From the NCBI GenBank assembly GCA_026936335.1, contig JAPMXV010000046.1:186001-250000 (forward strand): a DNA stretch of 64,000 bases, written 5' to 3'. The translations under genes and the position numbers were made by a program. Position 1 is the first letter of the stretch. Each line of letters opens with the position of its first letter. A model generated the notes under the pieces. The model saw nothing but the letters and a program-made list of their open reading frames with translations. It searched no databases and was not told the origin of the DNA. Source of the stretch: Mantamonas sphyraenae STR306. Taxonomy: Eukaryota; Protista; CRuMs. Shown here piece by piece: positions 46,701 through 59,104 of the stretch.

Positions 46701-49700
46701 CTGGTCACCCTGCGCAACACGGGCAAGAACAAGGCCGTGTTTTTTCGTTTCGGCCACCTCCAAGCAGATCGGCTTCCATCCGGCCAAGGGCATCGTGCAG
46801 CCCGGGGACACCATGGATGTCAAGGTGCACCTTGTGCCGGACAAGGCCGCCGTCATCGACCAGTCGCTCGTCTTTACCGTCCGCGGCTGCCGGGTGACCA
46901 AAATCCCCGTGCACGCACAGGCCGACCTCGCCGCTGTCGAGGTCGAGCAAGACGAGTTTGACTTTGGTGACATCTACGTGGGCACCTCTGCACGCAAGAC
47001 CGTCACCATTGCCAACACGGGCTACATCAACGCCGTCATGTTTCTCGATCTGTCGGAACACCCCGAGTTCCGCGCCCACTTTGACATCGACGCCCTGCAG
47101 AGCCGCCGTGCCCTCATCAGTGGCCGTGGTGCAGGTAGCAGCAGCGGAAGTGGTTCAGGCGCAGGCGCAGGCATTTCTTCTTCCTCCTCGTCCTCCTCGT
47201 CTTCGGCCTTCAGCGGACGCCTTGACAGCGCACGCAGCTCGCGCAGCGTGCGTGGAGGCTCAGGGCGCAGTAGCAGTCGTGCAAGCAGCCGCGGAGTTGG
47301 CAACGAGCGCATCCAAGTGACTGTGGTTCACGATTCAACCCAGGCAACCGCAGACGCTGCGGCAGGCGATGCCGGATCGGTGCGTGCCTCGTCGCGCATC
47401 AGCGACGTCAGTGTAGACGAGGCTTCCTCCATGGCCGATCTCAACAACGAACACAACAGCCACTTTAAGATTGTGCTGCCGGCACAGCAGAAACTGGAGT
47501 TTCAGCTTGTGTTTACACCGCCCACGCTGGCCACGTATGCATTTGAGCTGCCTCTCACCGTGAGTGGCATGGAAAACACATCCGCCACGCGACGAGTGGT
47601 CGTGGCAGGTGCCAAAAAGCCGCCCGTCACGCTGTCGCCCGCTCAGCTGGACTTTGACCGCAAGGTGCTCATCAAGGAGGGCGAGCAGCCGTACCGCTTG
47701 CCTGTCACGGTGCGCAACGATTCGCAGGACACACTGGAGTGGTACTTCAAGTTGGATCCACGCACGTTCAACAAGCGCATCTTTGCCATGAGCAGCAGCG
47801 GCGGCGTGCTGGAACCCGGCGCAGAAGAGACCGTGCACGTCAGCTTCTCGCCCACGGAACACGCCAGTCACCTGGCCATGGTGCCTCTGCACGTACGCAA
47901 CCACGAACAGGTCAGCTTTGCCCAGCTGCAAATCCACGGCGACGGCATTTCGCCACAGCTCAACTTTGACCGCCGTGAGCTCGTGCTGCCCATGGTTCCC
48001 TTGGGCATGACCGCAACAGCCACCCTGCACGTCACCTCGCAGGGCTATGACAACGTGACCATCAGCCACAAGCTGCCTGCAGACAGCAAAACTGTGCCAC
48101 TGCAGATTCGCTACCCCAAGGGCTGCGACATGGACTACACACGCTCCCGCGTGCCCGTGGAATTCAGTTTTGCAAACGACACGCCACTCAGCTTCACCGT
48201 CACCGTCGACTTTGTGGACACCGCAGGCAACAAGTTTCCCGTGCGAGTCAGCGGCAGCTGCGACAACAGTCTGTTTTCACTCTACCCGTACCTGCTGCGC
48301 TTTGGCGAGGGCGTCAACGTCGACGCCACGCGCATCAACAAGCCCGTCCTGGTGACGCCATTGGGCTCTGACGACGACCAAACCGCCCTCTCGGCCCTCT
48401 ACTCGCGCAAACAGGACGTCTTCTCCCTCTTTCAAATGAGCGAAGAGCCCGTGGTGGAGCGCCCCGAGGCGCTGGACATCATGCCTGCACAGCTGGTTGA
48501 CTATGTGGTGGCTTGGCTCAACGCACACGCCCTGCCCAACAACCCCGTCGAATCGTTCCCGTCCAGCCTCGTGCAGAGCAACGGCCGCCTGTTTGTGGAA
48601 ATGGTCGAGGCACTGACGGGCAAGAGCTTCCGCAGGCAGAACGTCAAGCGCAACGAGCGTGCTGCGTACCTTTTGCAGCTGTACGAGGACGTGCTGACGT
48701 ACCTCAAGACTCAAGGTGCCTTGCTGAACTTGGTCAAGCCCGAACACCTCCTGGGTTTCCAGGAGTACTGCGCCGTGGCCAAGCTGTACGGGTACACAGC
48801 GCGTTCGGCTGGCGGCTCCAGCTCGCGACGCTCCTTCTCTTACCTTCACCGCATGGAGCAAATCTTTCCGCTGCTGTCACGCGACAGCTGGTTGATGGTG
48901 GCGCTGCAGCTGATGCGCTTGTACGTGTCCACGCGTGCGACAGTGCGCTCGCTGCGCGGCTTGCCAGGAGGACCCGAGAGCGTACGCGACCTGGGCGTGC
49001 CCCTCAAGGGCTCCAATCTGTACAGTGTGTCGGAGAACCTGCTTCTGGGCTGGCTGACGTTCCACTTCAACAAGCATGCCAGCGACGGCCATGCCCACCG
49101 CGTGATGAACTTTGACGAGGACCTGAAGGACAGTCGCGTGCTCATGACGCTTGTGCACTCGCATGTGCCCCACCTGGGTGTGATGCGCGAGTTCAAGCGC
49201 ACAGGCGACGCAGACGTCGAGGCCGAGGTGGACATGTTCAATGCCAACCAACTGCTTGCTGTGCTCGAGTCCTTGGAGCTTGTGCCTCCTGGAATCGATG
49301 CCTCCACCATTGTCGGCGCAGACAACCCGCTGGCCATGCTGATGCTCGTCAACTACCTCTACGAACACCTGCCGCAGTTTGTGCCCCGCACCACCGTTCT
49401 CTTTGACGGCCAGCTGCGCGACCGTTTGCGCAAGAGCATCGAACTCAGCAACCCCAGCGCCCACGAACTCGTGTATCGCGTGGAAATGCACGGCAGCGAG
49501 CAGTTCCGCATTGGCAACCGCGATGTGGTCATTGCCGCCAAGTCTTCTGTGCAGTTTGACATTGAGTTTACGTCGCGCTTCACCACCAAGGAGCGCGCCC
49601 TGCTGAGCTTCATTGGACCGGCTACTGCCTTCCATGCGCCGTCGGCCATTGTCTTTCAGCTGGAGAGTGGGCAAATCACGCGTCCCAGCTCCACCAAGGT

Positions 49701-52700
49701 GGTGTCGTGTGCCACCAACGTGTTTGAACCCACCACCGTCAATCTGGAGGTGAGCAACGTGTTTGCCGACGAGGCCGTGCTGGGCGTGTCTCTCGTGCAG
49801 GAGGAGATCCGCTACGAGCGCAAGGGAGGATCCTCGTCGCGTCGCTACGGAGGCACAAACCGTGGCAAGGCGCCGCTGGAACCTGTGATCACCACCACCG
49901 ACAGCGTGTTCTTCTGCATGGAGGACTCGCTGGTGTTGCGTCGCAACGAGATGGACGTGCTGCCCATCCACTTTCTGCCGCTGCACGCGGGCAAGTTCCG
50001 CTGCCGCGTCGTGCTTCTGGACAAGCGTCTGGGCGAACTCAACTTTGAGATCCACGCCGAGAGCAAGGCCGGCGGCGCCCTGGACACGTTCCGTTTCAAG
50101 TGCGAAAACACCGGCACGTATTCCAAGGACATCCACGTGGCGTACCACAACCCGATGATGGAGCAGGCCAAACGCACGCTGCACGAGTTGGCCCAGGGCA
50201 ACTCAAGCGTGCAGGCGCAGCTCGAACGTCGACTGGAACTGGAAGGCCCCAGCAACAGTCAGCCTGTGCGGTACCGCGTCGAGTACAGCTCGCCCTACTT
50301 CACCGGCCCCTCGGAGCTGGTGCTGACGCCTGCGGGCGACGGTGCGGTCGCTCGCAAGCGTGACAAGAAGCGTGTGGCTGCAGAGGAGGCTGGATCATCA
50401 TCGGGAGCGCCGTCCAGCAATGTGCTCACATTTGAGTTTACGCCCAATGGCGTGGGCACGTACCCGGCACGCATCACGCTGGTGAGCGAGTTTGACACGC
50501 GCGTGTACATTCTGGAAGCGCGTACGACGTCGCCTGGCCAACGTGCAGCGCTGGACTTTGTGGGTGCCGGCGCGCCAGAGCGTACGCCAAGAAATCCCAG
50601 TGGTCAACTCGAGCGATCACGAGTGGCGCGTGCGTGCGTCGCTGCGTGGCGAGTACTTCCAGGGACCACGTGAAATTGTGGTGCCTGCACGAAGCACACA
50701 GCACTACCGCTGGTCTTCAAGCCGGCGTGGGTGACAACTGTGAGCGGTGAGCTTGTCCTCATCAACGATCGCACCTCCGACAAGATCCTGTACAGCTTGC
50801 GCGGTGTGGCAGAGGAGCCGCTGGCCGAGGACCATGTTGTCATCGAGTGCAAGGCTCGCTGGAAGACTCGTCACGAGTTCCGCCTGCACAACTTTGCACG
50901 TGGCGACACCGAGTTTACGGTGGAGAGCGATCTGCCGGACATTGCGGGCGAGCCAACAGTGCTGCTCGAGGCCGGCCAAGCCGAAGGCGTGTACGAGCTG
51001 GAGATCTGTCCGTCGCGCGCGGGCGTGTACACGGGCTCCATCACGTTCACCGCACCCAATGGCCAGTACATGTGGTACACGGTGGAGGTGCGTGCAGAGA
51101 TCCCTGCGCCCGAGCAAACGCTGGAGTTGCACACGGTGCAGCGGCAGCCCGTGGCGGTGGAGATTGGCATCAAGAATCCGCTCTCCACAGCCATCCAGTT
51201 TGAGGTGACGTTGTCCTCGCACGAGCTGCTGGGCGACTCCTTCCTCATGCTGGGCCCCAAGGAGATTGCCACGTACGAGCTCATCTACTTGCCGCTCGTG
51301 ACAGGCGCCCACGACGGCTCGATTGCGTTTTGGAACGAAGAGGTGGGCGAGTTTTGGTACGAGCTGAAGCTGGAGGCGGACGAGGCCACGCCGGTGATGG
51401 TGGAACAGATGGAGTGTGCGGTGGGTGCGCGTGGGTCACGCACAACCGTGCACGTAGAGTCTCCGGCCACGGAAGACATGCGGCTGCGCGTGTCGTGCAG
51501 CAACGAGCAAAACTTCCGTGTGGTGGGAGCCGACGCGCTGGTGGTGCCTGCGTACGAGTCGCTGCCTGTGGAAATCGAGTTTCTGCCGTCCAAGGTGGGT
51601 GAGGTGGTGCAGGGCCGCGTGGAGCTGACCAACGACAAGTACGGCAGCTGGGTGTTCCTGGTGAGTGGGGTGGGGCGTGCGCCGGGTCGCATGGAGGAGG
51701 TGCGCGTGAGCAGCCTCATCCACAGTTCGGCCACGGGCGCGGTGCACTTTCGCAACCCGTTTGAGTGGCCGCTGCCGCTGTCTGTGACCATGCACTGCGA
51801 CGACAAGTATGTGTTTACGCCGTTTGTCAAGAGCGAGGTGCAGGTGCTGGACGCCTTTGATGGCCTGGACGTGCCGTTCACGTTTGAGCCCAGCCTCATG
51901 AAAGAGTACTCGGCCGAGGTGCACATCCGCACGACGGGCGACGACATAGAGGAGGCCATGGAGTGGGTGTACCCTGTGGTAGGCCTTGTGGAAGCGGAGC
52001 GCACGTCCGGCAGCAGCTCCTTCAAGTGCCAGGCACGCAAGCACGTGGACAAGGTGGTAGAAGTTCGTGTGGGCGACACCACAGACATGCGCGCAGAGGA
52101 TGTGTCCATCACGGTGGAGGCGTCAGGCAAGACGAAGCAGGCGTGGGTGGAGGCTGGATTCTCGGCCACCGCACAGAGTGTGGGCCAGGGCGTCGTGCGG
52201 GTGATGGGTTCGTTCCAACCATGGCGTGCAGGCACGGCCAGGGGCGACCTCGTGGTGTATGTCAAGGGTCACGGCGTGTGGCGCCACGGCATCGTGCTCG
52301 AGGCGGACGAGCCAGAGGTGGACGACGTGATTGAGATCGAGGCCAACCTGGGCAAAAAGGAGGCGGTGAGTTTTGTGCTGAGCAACCAGTTTGGGGCAGC
52401 CACGGAGTTTCAGGCATACTTTGCGCATGGGTCCAGCGACTGCTTCACTGTGAGTCCGCAGGAGGGCGAGCTGCCTGCGTATGGCGAGGACGGCCAGCTG
52501 TTTGTGGTGTCGTACAAGCCACTGCGCTTTGGCAAGAAGCACGAAGCCAAGCTGGTGATTGAGACGGCGGCCAGCCAGTGGAGTTTCCTGGTTCGTGGCT
52601 CGCCTCCCAAGTACAGCAAGCCGACGGTGGAAAAGAGCAAGCTGGACAACTCATGGCGCGACGGCGAGATGCCGAGTCCTAGCAGCACGTCCAGTCGAAG

Positions 52701-52743
52701 GGCCAGGGCCAAGGGCAAAGGCAAGATGACGCGACGGGGATGA
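43717..52743 (+). CDS. CFAP47: Cilia- and flagella-associated protein 47 (multiple ASH/MSP Ig-like domains + CH domain; three apparent indel frameshifts)
   Basis: Repeated L.N.G....F / P..G.I.P ASH motifs. CH-like region SNLYSVSENLLLGWL..VMNFDEDLKDSRVL, then KSIELSNPS and a C-terminal W.FLVRG..PKY..P. Intron ~44079-44224. Frame changes at ~46740, ~50560 and ~50708. Confidence 0.88.
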
Positions 52744-52813
52744 AGGTGAAGGGGGGGGGAGAGAGCGGACCGGCCGTGCGCATGTCCATCCAACGCATCC
52801 AACAAACTCGATC

Positions 52814-55800
52814 ATGAGCAGTTCCAGTTCCTCGTCTGGCGAGTCCCAACTGGACAGCACCCTGTCTGATCTTGAAAACTTTGTGCTGGTTGACGAGTCG
52901 CCGAACATCGAGGGTCTCAACTTTCCCTTGAAGTTTGTGCCCGTCAACGACACGGAGTACCACGACATGCATGCGTTTGACGTGCCTCCCAAGTTCCGCG
53001 AAGAGGCAAACTACATTGCCGAGCTGGTGAGTAGCGCGTAGAGTGACACCTTAGCCCTGAGGCGGGTGTGGCTCGCGTGAATCCGCGAGGATTGGAGCCT
53101 TTGCAAGAGGTCACTGACGCCCCCCATTTCGCACCTGCGTTTGCACACGGCGCATGAAACGGCGTCGACACCTTGCGTGTGCGTGCACATACACAGGCAC
53201 AAGCTGTGGCCGACGGTGAGAAGTACGTGTCGATGCTGTACACCTTCCGGTCGTGCTCGAAAGCCATCCCGCAGGTGAAAACCACCGACCAGGCCAACAA
53301 AGAGGAGATCCACTCCAAGACCTACGAAGTGCTCAAGCCCGAGATTGACAAGCTCAAGGAGTGCATGAACTACCAAGAGTCTGCCATCACGCTGTTTGTA
53401 CGTGTCCCCGTGGCCCTGTGTTCCTCGGCGTAGCCGGCGGCCAGCACTTTTTGTCCACCGTCCGATTTCCCTCTTTTCGCCTCGACCTCTGCCAAAACCG
53501 GCCCCTCAAGGCACCCCACGCGCCCTCCTGCACGCAACCACGCCAGCGTCGGCAACTGTATGCATGTGCAAAGGAGCACTGTGCACGTGTCCCATGTGCT
53601 GTCGACACATGCCCAGCTGCTCCCGCTTGGCGCCTTGTCGCTGCGTTTGCCGTTGGCCTCTCATGACAAACAACACCCAGCTCACACATTCCTCTCCCTC
53701 GCCTCCACGTCCCCTGTCACTGCTCCCGCCTCGCCCACCTGCACGCACCTGGCCGCCTCTGCCTGTATTCCTCGCCACAGTGCCACAACGTCGACAAGAT
53801 GGCCGGCATCTGGAAGAAGGAGGTCGTTTCCGAAAGCTGGGTCGATTCCATGATTACCATGCTTGACCACCTCCTCGTCCTCGACAACCTCAAGAACAGC
53901 AGGGCCAGCCTCAACAACGACTTTTCCTTCTACCGTCGGTACGTGTCCCGTCCCTCACCCGTCGCCTCGTTGTGTTTCCCCTTGCTTCATACAGGCCGCG
54001 AGTGTTGCCGGCTGGACTTTTTCCTTTTCGCCTTGTTCCTTCGCCCCGCACCTCGCCACGCGTGTCTCGTCACGCTCGTCCCCACACAAAGCCACTCACA
54101 CCATGGATGCTCGGTCTGCGGCGTGGTCGCGTGTCGTACGCCTGACTTGCAGTGCGTTCTCGTCGCTGCGCAACGTGGCTGGCTCCGACGAAGCCGCAGA
54201 GACCCAGCAGAAGCTGTACATGTTTCTGGCCAGCAACAGCAGCATTTCCACGTCCCTCAAGGCTAGCCTGGAGAAGGTGACCAACTACGACGACGTGCTC
54301 ATCCTCATCATCGAGCAGGCGCACGAATACCTGGAGAGCGATCGTTTCCTGCTGCCGCGCGAAAAGTTCCGCCTCATTCGTGTGCTTGCACTGTGCATCT
54401 TCCTTCTGGATCACGCAAACAACTCGGTGTTCTCCTCCAAGAACAAGAAGATCAAGATCGAAAAGTTCATGGAGCCTTTCAAGCGCTATCCCGTGGTCAT
54501 CCTGTACGGTGACATGAGCGTGGACATCCTGTCCATCCTCGGCCGCTGCCCCAACTTCCACAGCGAGTGCAAGTTTACGCCCACGCCCGAACACAAGGTC
54601 GAGCAAGAGTACATGCTCGTCAACTCGCTTGACGAGATGCGCGAGAAGCACAACACCTACCTGGCCAGCTTCACCACCACCATGAGCGAGATCAAGGCCA
54701 AGATCAAGCGCAACACCCCGGTCGACGTCACAGGCTCCCACCAGATTGCCACCTTTGTGCAGCGCGGCCTGCTGCTCCTGCGTGACCTCTCCTGCCAGAT
54801 CCAGGAACAGACCGCCTGGAAGTACGTCCACCCTACACGTGAGGACGCCTACACAGAGTGCACCGAGTACGAAAAGGCCGGCCGCTACAACTACACACGC
54901 GCCGAGCTCACTGCCCTCGTCGAGTACATCGCCATGGTCAAGGGGCTGGCTGCAGTCATGCGCGACGCAAGCACCATCCTCGCACCCATCATCCGCCGCT
55001 ACATCCACAACTACACGCAAAAGTTCATCCAGCAGCTGCTGCGTGATGTCATCCGCTCCGTGGCCAAGCGCAAGAAGAGCACCATGAAGGATAACCTGCT
55101 CGCCGTGCGTTCCATCTGCGTCGACTGGCTCAACGGCGTCGAGCCAGCCAACGACCCGGCCCTGTCGGGCAAGCAGTACTCGGAGGAGTTTGAGGTGCCC
55201 GAACGAGAGGTCGCTCCGGGCGTCACCCAGCTCTTCTTCCTGCGCAATGTCACATACTCCCTGTACTCGACAAAGTCTCCCGCGCTGCAAAAGACGACGT
55301 TGCTGGGCAAGAAGAAGGACAAGGACGGTGACATCAAGGAGAAGCACACCACTCAGATGCGCGAGTTCTTCCACGACTCGTCCTTCTTCATGAGCCTGCT
55401 CAACTACGGCGACTCGCTCACTTCCATCAGCGACCTCGGCGACCTGTGGTACCGAGAGTTCTACCTGGAAATGAGCAAGCAGATCCAGTTCCCCATCGAG
55501 ATGTCCATGCCTTGGATCCTCATCGACCACATCCTGTCCAGCGGCGACACAAGCATCATGGAGTGCGCCCTGTTCCCGCTCGACCTTTACAACGACGCAG
55601 GCAACCGCGCCCTCCACTCGCTCAAGCAGCAGTTCCTGTACGACGAGGTGGAGGCCGAGGTCAACCTGTGCTTCGACCAGTTTGTGTTCAAGGTGGCCAA
55701 CGGCATTTTTGAGCACTACAAGGTGCAGGCCAGCGCGCAGATCTTGGACAAGCCGTTCAAAATGCACATGGACAAGGTGCTCAACGAGCCAGAGAGCCGC

Positions 55801-58104
55801 TTCACCATTGTACCTTCGCGCTACGACGTGCTCATGCGCCAGCGCCACTTCCAGCTGCTGGGCCGCTCCGTGAACATGAACGCGCTGATTGCGCAGCGCA
55901 TCAACACCTTTATCCGCGAAAACGTGGGCCTTGTCATTGCACGCTTCGAGGCCGATGACCTCACGAGTGTGGTCGAGACAGAGTCGTTGCTGAAGAATGT
56001 GCGACGCACCCACCAGCTGCTGTCCAAGTACCTGGAGCTGGACGACTTTGACTCGATCCTGCGTGAGTTTGACGACAGCGTCGCGGTGGTGTCCTTCCAC
56101 GGACGTACGATCCTGCACGCCATCTACGAGCTCATCTTTGACCTGTTCCCCAACTACGTGTACAACAACACCACGGACCGCTTCGTGAAGGGTCCTGTGC
56201 AGTACGCCGACGCAGTGCAGCGCGAAAAGGTGGGCACGGCTGCGCCGACAATGATGTACGGCAACAAGAGCATGAACCTTGCTTTCTCGGCCGTAAACGA
56301 CCTGTACCGAGGCTTTATCGGTGTTCAGCATGTGATGGCGCTCGTGCGCCTGATCGGCCTGCAGCGCGTTCCAATGCTGTTTGCCGAGTGCATGAAGAAC
56401 CTGGAGCTGAAGATCGAGACGACTCTGCAGCCGTACCTGCAGTCGCTTGCCGCAGGCATGCCTCCCACGCTCAAGCTGCCCATTTTCAGCTACGGCGCTC
56501 AGGGATGCTTCGGCTACTACGACCTGCAGCTCAAGGCCATCAAGAGCTACCCGCAGCTGAAACCCGAGGTGCTGCAGGGCTTCCGCGAGGTGGGCAATAT
56601 CATTGCGTTTCTGCGCATGCTGGACACGGCTGTGTCGCTTGTGCGCAACGTGCGAGACACGTTCACGTATGTGTTCCTGAACCGTGGCGCGGAGGCGGAC
56701 GAGGACGACATGACGCCGCTGGAGCTGACGATTTCAGATCTCGTGGAGGAGCTGGAGGACAGGGAGGACGGCAAGGACATGGAGAGCGTGAAACACCTGG
56801 ATCCGATTGCGCTGCGTGTGGAGGCGTCGTATGCCGTGCGCAACCAATCGTCGTTGCTCAAAATGGCCCTGACGGTGATGCAGGGTCTGTTGGAGCCCGT
56901 GTGGGACGAGTGGAAGGGCTATGCGTTTGACAACGAAGATGATTATCAGGTGGAGCAGACGACGGAGTTGTACCGCCTGTGGAGTGCGCTGCAGTTTGTG
57001 TTCTGCCTGCCGACGACGATGCAGAGCGACGGTAGCGACGACAGCCACGAGAACCTGGCCATCTTTGGCGAGGGTGCGCTGATGGGAGGCACTGCGTTTG
57101 TGTACCTGCTGGGCCAGAAAGAGCAGTTTGAGACGTTTGACTTTTGCTACCACCTGCTGCGCGTGAACAGCGACAGCAGCGTGCCCGCATGCGAAGACCA
57201 GTCGATCATGCGCTTCCTGGACAACTGCAGGCGAGTGCGCGCGATGAACATCCGCTCGTTTGCTCTGTACGAGAGCGCCTTCGACCTTGGCGAGCCCGAC
57301 GTGGTCATGGTGCGTCCGCCAGGTTTGGTATCGGAAAAGAAGAAGGGCGATGTGGCTTCCCTGGCTGCTGCGTCGTCCTCCTCTTCCTCTGCTTCGGCTG
57401 CTTCCGACAAGGCCAACCAGCAGGAGGCCCAGCTTGCGCCGCCGCCTTCGGAACAGGCACCTCCTCCTCCTGCTCCGCCTGGAGACGAGCCTCCCCCCCT
57501 CGTGGACGATCTGCCGCCTCCTCCAGTGGAAGAGCAACCGCCTCCTCCCGCACCTCCTGCAGAAGAGCAACCGCCTCCTCCTGCACCCCCTGCGGAAGAG
57601 CAGCCGCCTCCTCCTGCACCCCCCGCGGACGAGCAGCCGCCTCCTCCCGCGCCCCCCGCGGACGAGCAACCGCCTCCTCCTGCGCCGCCTGCGGATTCGG
57701 ACGAAGAGGACGAAGAGGATGAGGAGGACGAGGAGGAGGACGAGGCACCGCCCCCTCCTGCACCTGAGGAGGACGACATGCCGCCTGCGCCCGAGCCCGA
57801 GCCCGAGCCTGAACCTGAGCCTGAGCCCGAAGAGGAGCCAGCTCCCGCGCCGGGTGACGATTTCGGAGCACCGCCGCCTATGGACGATGATTTCGGAGCA
57901 CCGCCGCCGATGGACGACGATTTCGGAGCACCGCCGCCTATGGACGATGATTTCGGAGCACCGCCGCCTATGGACGATGATTTCGGAGCGCCACCACCGA
58001 TGGACGACGATTTCGGAGCGCCGCCACCCATGGACGACGACGATTTCGGCGCCCCACCGCCGATGGACGACGATGATTTCGGCGCCCCGCCGCCGATGGA
58101 TTGA
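52814..58104 (+). CDS. CYFIP: CYFIP/Sra1/PIR121 (WAVE regulatory complex subunit) with a long acidic Pro-rich C-terminal extension
   Basis: MLYTFRSCSKAIPQVK, LDNLKN..ASLNNDFSFYRR, AWKYVHP, DLWYREFYLEM..IQFPIEMSMPWIL, QFLYDEVEAEVNLCFDQFV, RLWSALQFVFC. Exons ~52814-53026, 53197-53397, 53781-53938, 54153-58104. Confidence 0.95.
57529..57693 (+). repeat. Coding tandem repeat, 5 x 33 bp ([ED]EQPPPPAPPA)
   Basis: gagcaaccgcctcctcctgcaccccctgcg-like units within the CYFIP tail. Confidence 0.9.
57853..58101 (+). repeat. Coding tandem repeat, 8 x 30-33 bp (DDDFGAPPPM)
   Basis: gacgatgatttcggagcaccgccgcctatg units running up to the CYFIP stop codon. Nucleotide differences between units are synonymous apart from an extra Asp codon in the last two. 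Confidence 0.95.
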
Positions 58105-58201
58105 GGAGAACGAACGAGAGAAGAGAGAGGAGGTGAGGAGGTACAACAACAACAACAACACCACATTCAGTCAACCCAACATCTTCATTCGCACGCAACG
58201 C

Positions 58202-58891
58202 TCACTGCGACTTTTTCGCTTGGCCGCCTCGCTGAACTGCCCTTCGCAGCTGAAGCAGAGGCCCAAGGGCGGGGAAACCGTACAGAGTGCACAGAAAGAA
58301 CCAGCCAAAGGCATTCTCGACCTTCCACTGGTCAAGTTTGGCGTCAGCAGCCTGTGTGCGGATGATCGAATTGATGTCTGCAGGAGGCAGAGATGGACGC
58401 ATCACATCATGGTGTTGGCAGAAAGCATCCACACATACACAAGCGCACATCGAACGGGTTAGCACGTGCGTGTACGCAGCAGGGACGGGCCAAAGCGGGG
58501 GGGGGGAGGGGGATGCGGTAGGAAGCGAGAGGGCAAACGCACCAAGGGCGACGTAGAAGCCAATCATGCCCTCTACAAGATGGGCAAGGTAAGCAAGGAC
58601 GAAAATGATCATCACAATGCTCTGGAAGGTGTCCTTGTTGGCCGAACCAAGTCCTGTGAGCGTCAGGGTCAGGTAGTCCAGGAGCTGCTGGGACGCACGC
58701 ACGAGCGTGTCGTACTTGGGGTCATGGATGTTGCAAAAGGCCAGAAAAGCCACCAGTCCCATGCCAACAAGTATGGGTGCCCCAATCAGCAGGCTTGGAT
58801 GCTTGGGCATCGGCCGCACGGTCTCAGTTCGGGCCATTTCAACACAGTTGAGAGGATTCGCTGGGTCCCCTAGCGACACCGCCGGCACCAT
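58202..58891 (-). CDS. TMEM254/DUF4499-like small membrane protein
   Basis: Three hydrophobic segments with AYLAHLVEG..G and WFFLCTLYGFPAL motifs. Probable in-frame intron ~58540-58420. Confidence 0.6.
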   Translation of the reverse strand: MVPAVSLGDPANPLNCVEMARTETVRPMPKHPSLLIGAPILVGMGLVAFLAFCNIHDPKYDTLVRASQQLLDYLTLTLTGLGSANKDTFQSIVMIIFVLAYLAHLVEGMIGFYVALGAFALSLPTASPSPPPLWPVPAAYTHVLTRSMCACVCVDAFCQHHDVMRPSLPPADINSIIRTQAADAKLDQWKVENAFGWFFLCTLYGFPALGPLLQLRRAVQRGGQAKKSQ

Positions 58892-59104
58892 AGGGAAACG
58901 TCAGTCCTGCTCGCGCTCGTTTGGAAGTGTGGCTTTGTGGGGCCGTGCACACTTGCATTGAGTGAGTGGGTCAACGCGCCGCTGCAGCCACCCAAACTCC
59001 GTGCGTTTCGATGCGAGCATCCACCACATGCACGTCCCACCACCCACTCACCCTTGCGCACCCTCGCCCTCGTCCTTCACCTACTCGCCCCAGACAGAAC
59101 AACC

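Noticed and set aside
8755-50712. Programmed ribosomal frameshifting or RNA-editing system
   Set aside because: Mixed +1/+2/-1 events with no common motif, all in simple runs typical of long-read errors.
57853-58101. CRISPR-like 30-bp repeat array
   Set aside because: Units are directly adjacent without spacers, lie in frame within CYFIP and vary at synonymous positions. Eukaryotic context, no cas genes.
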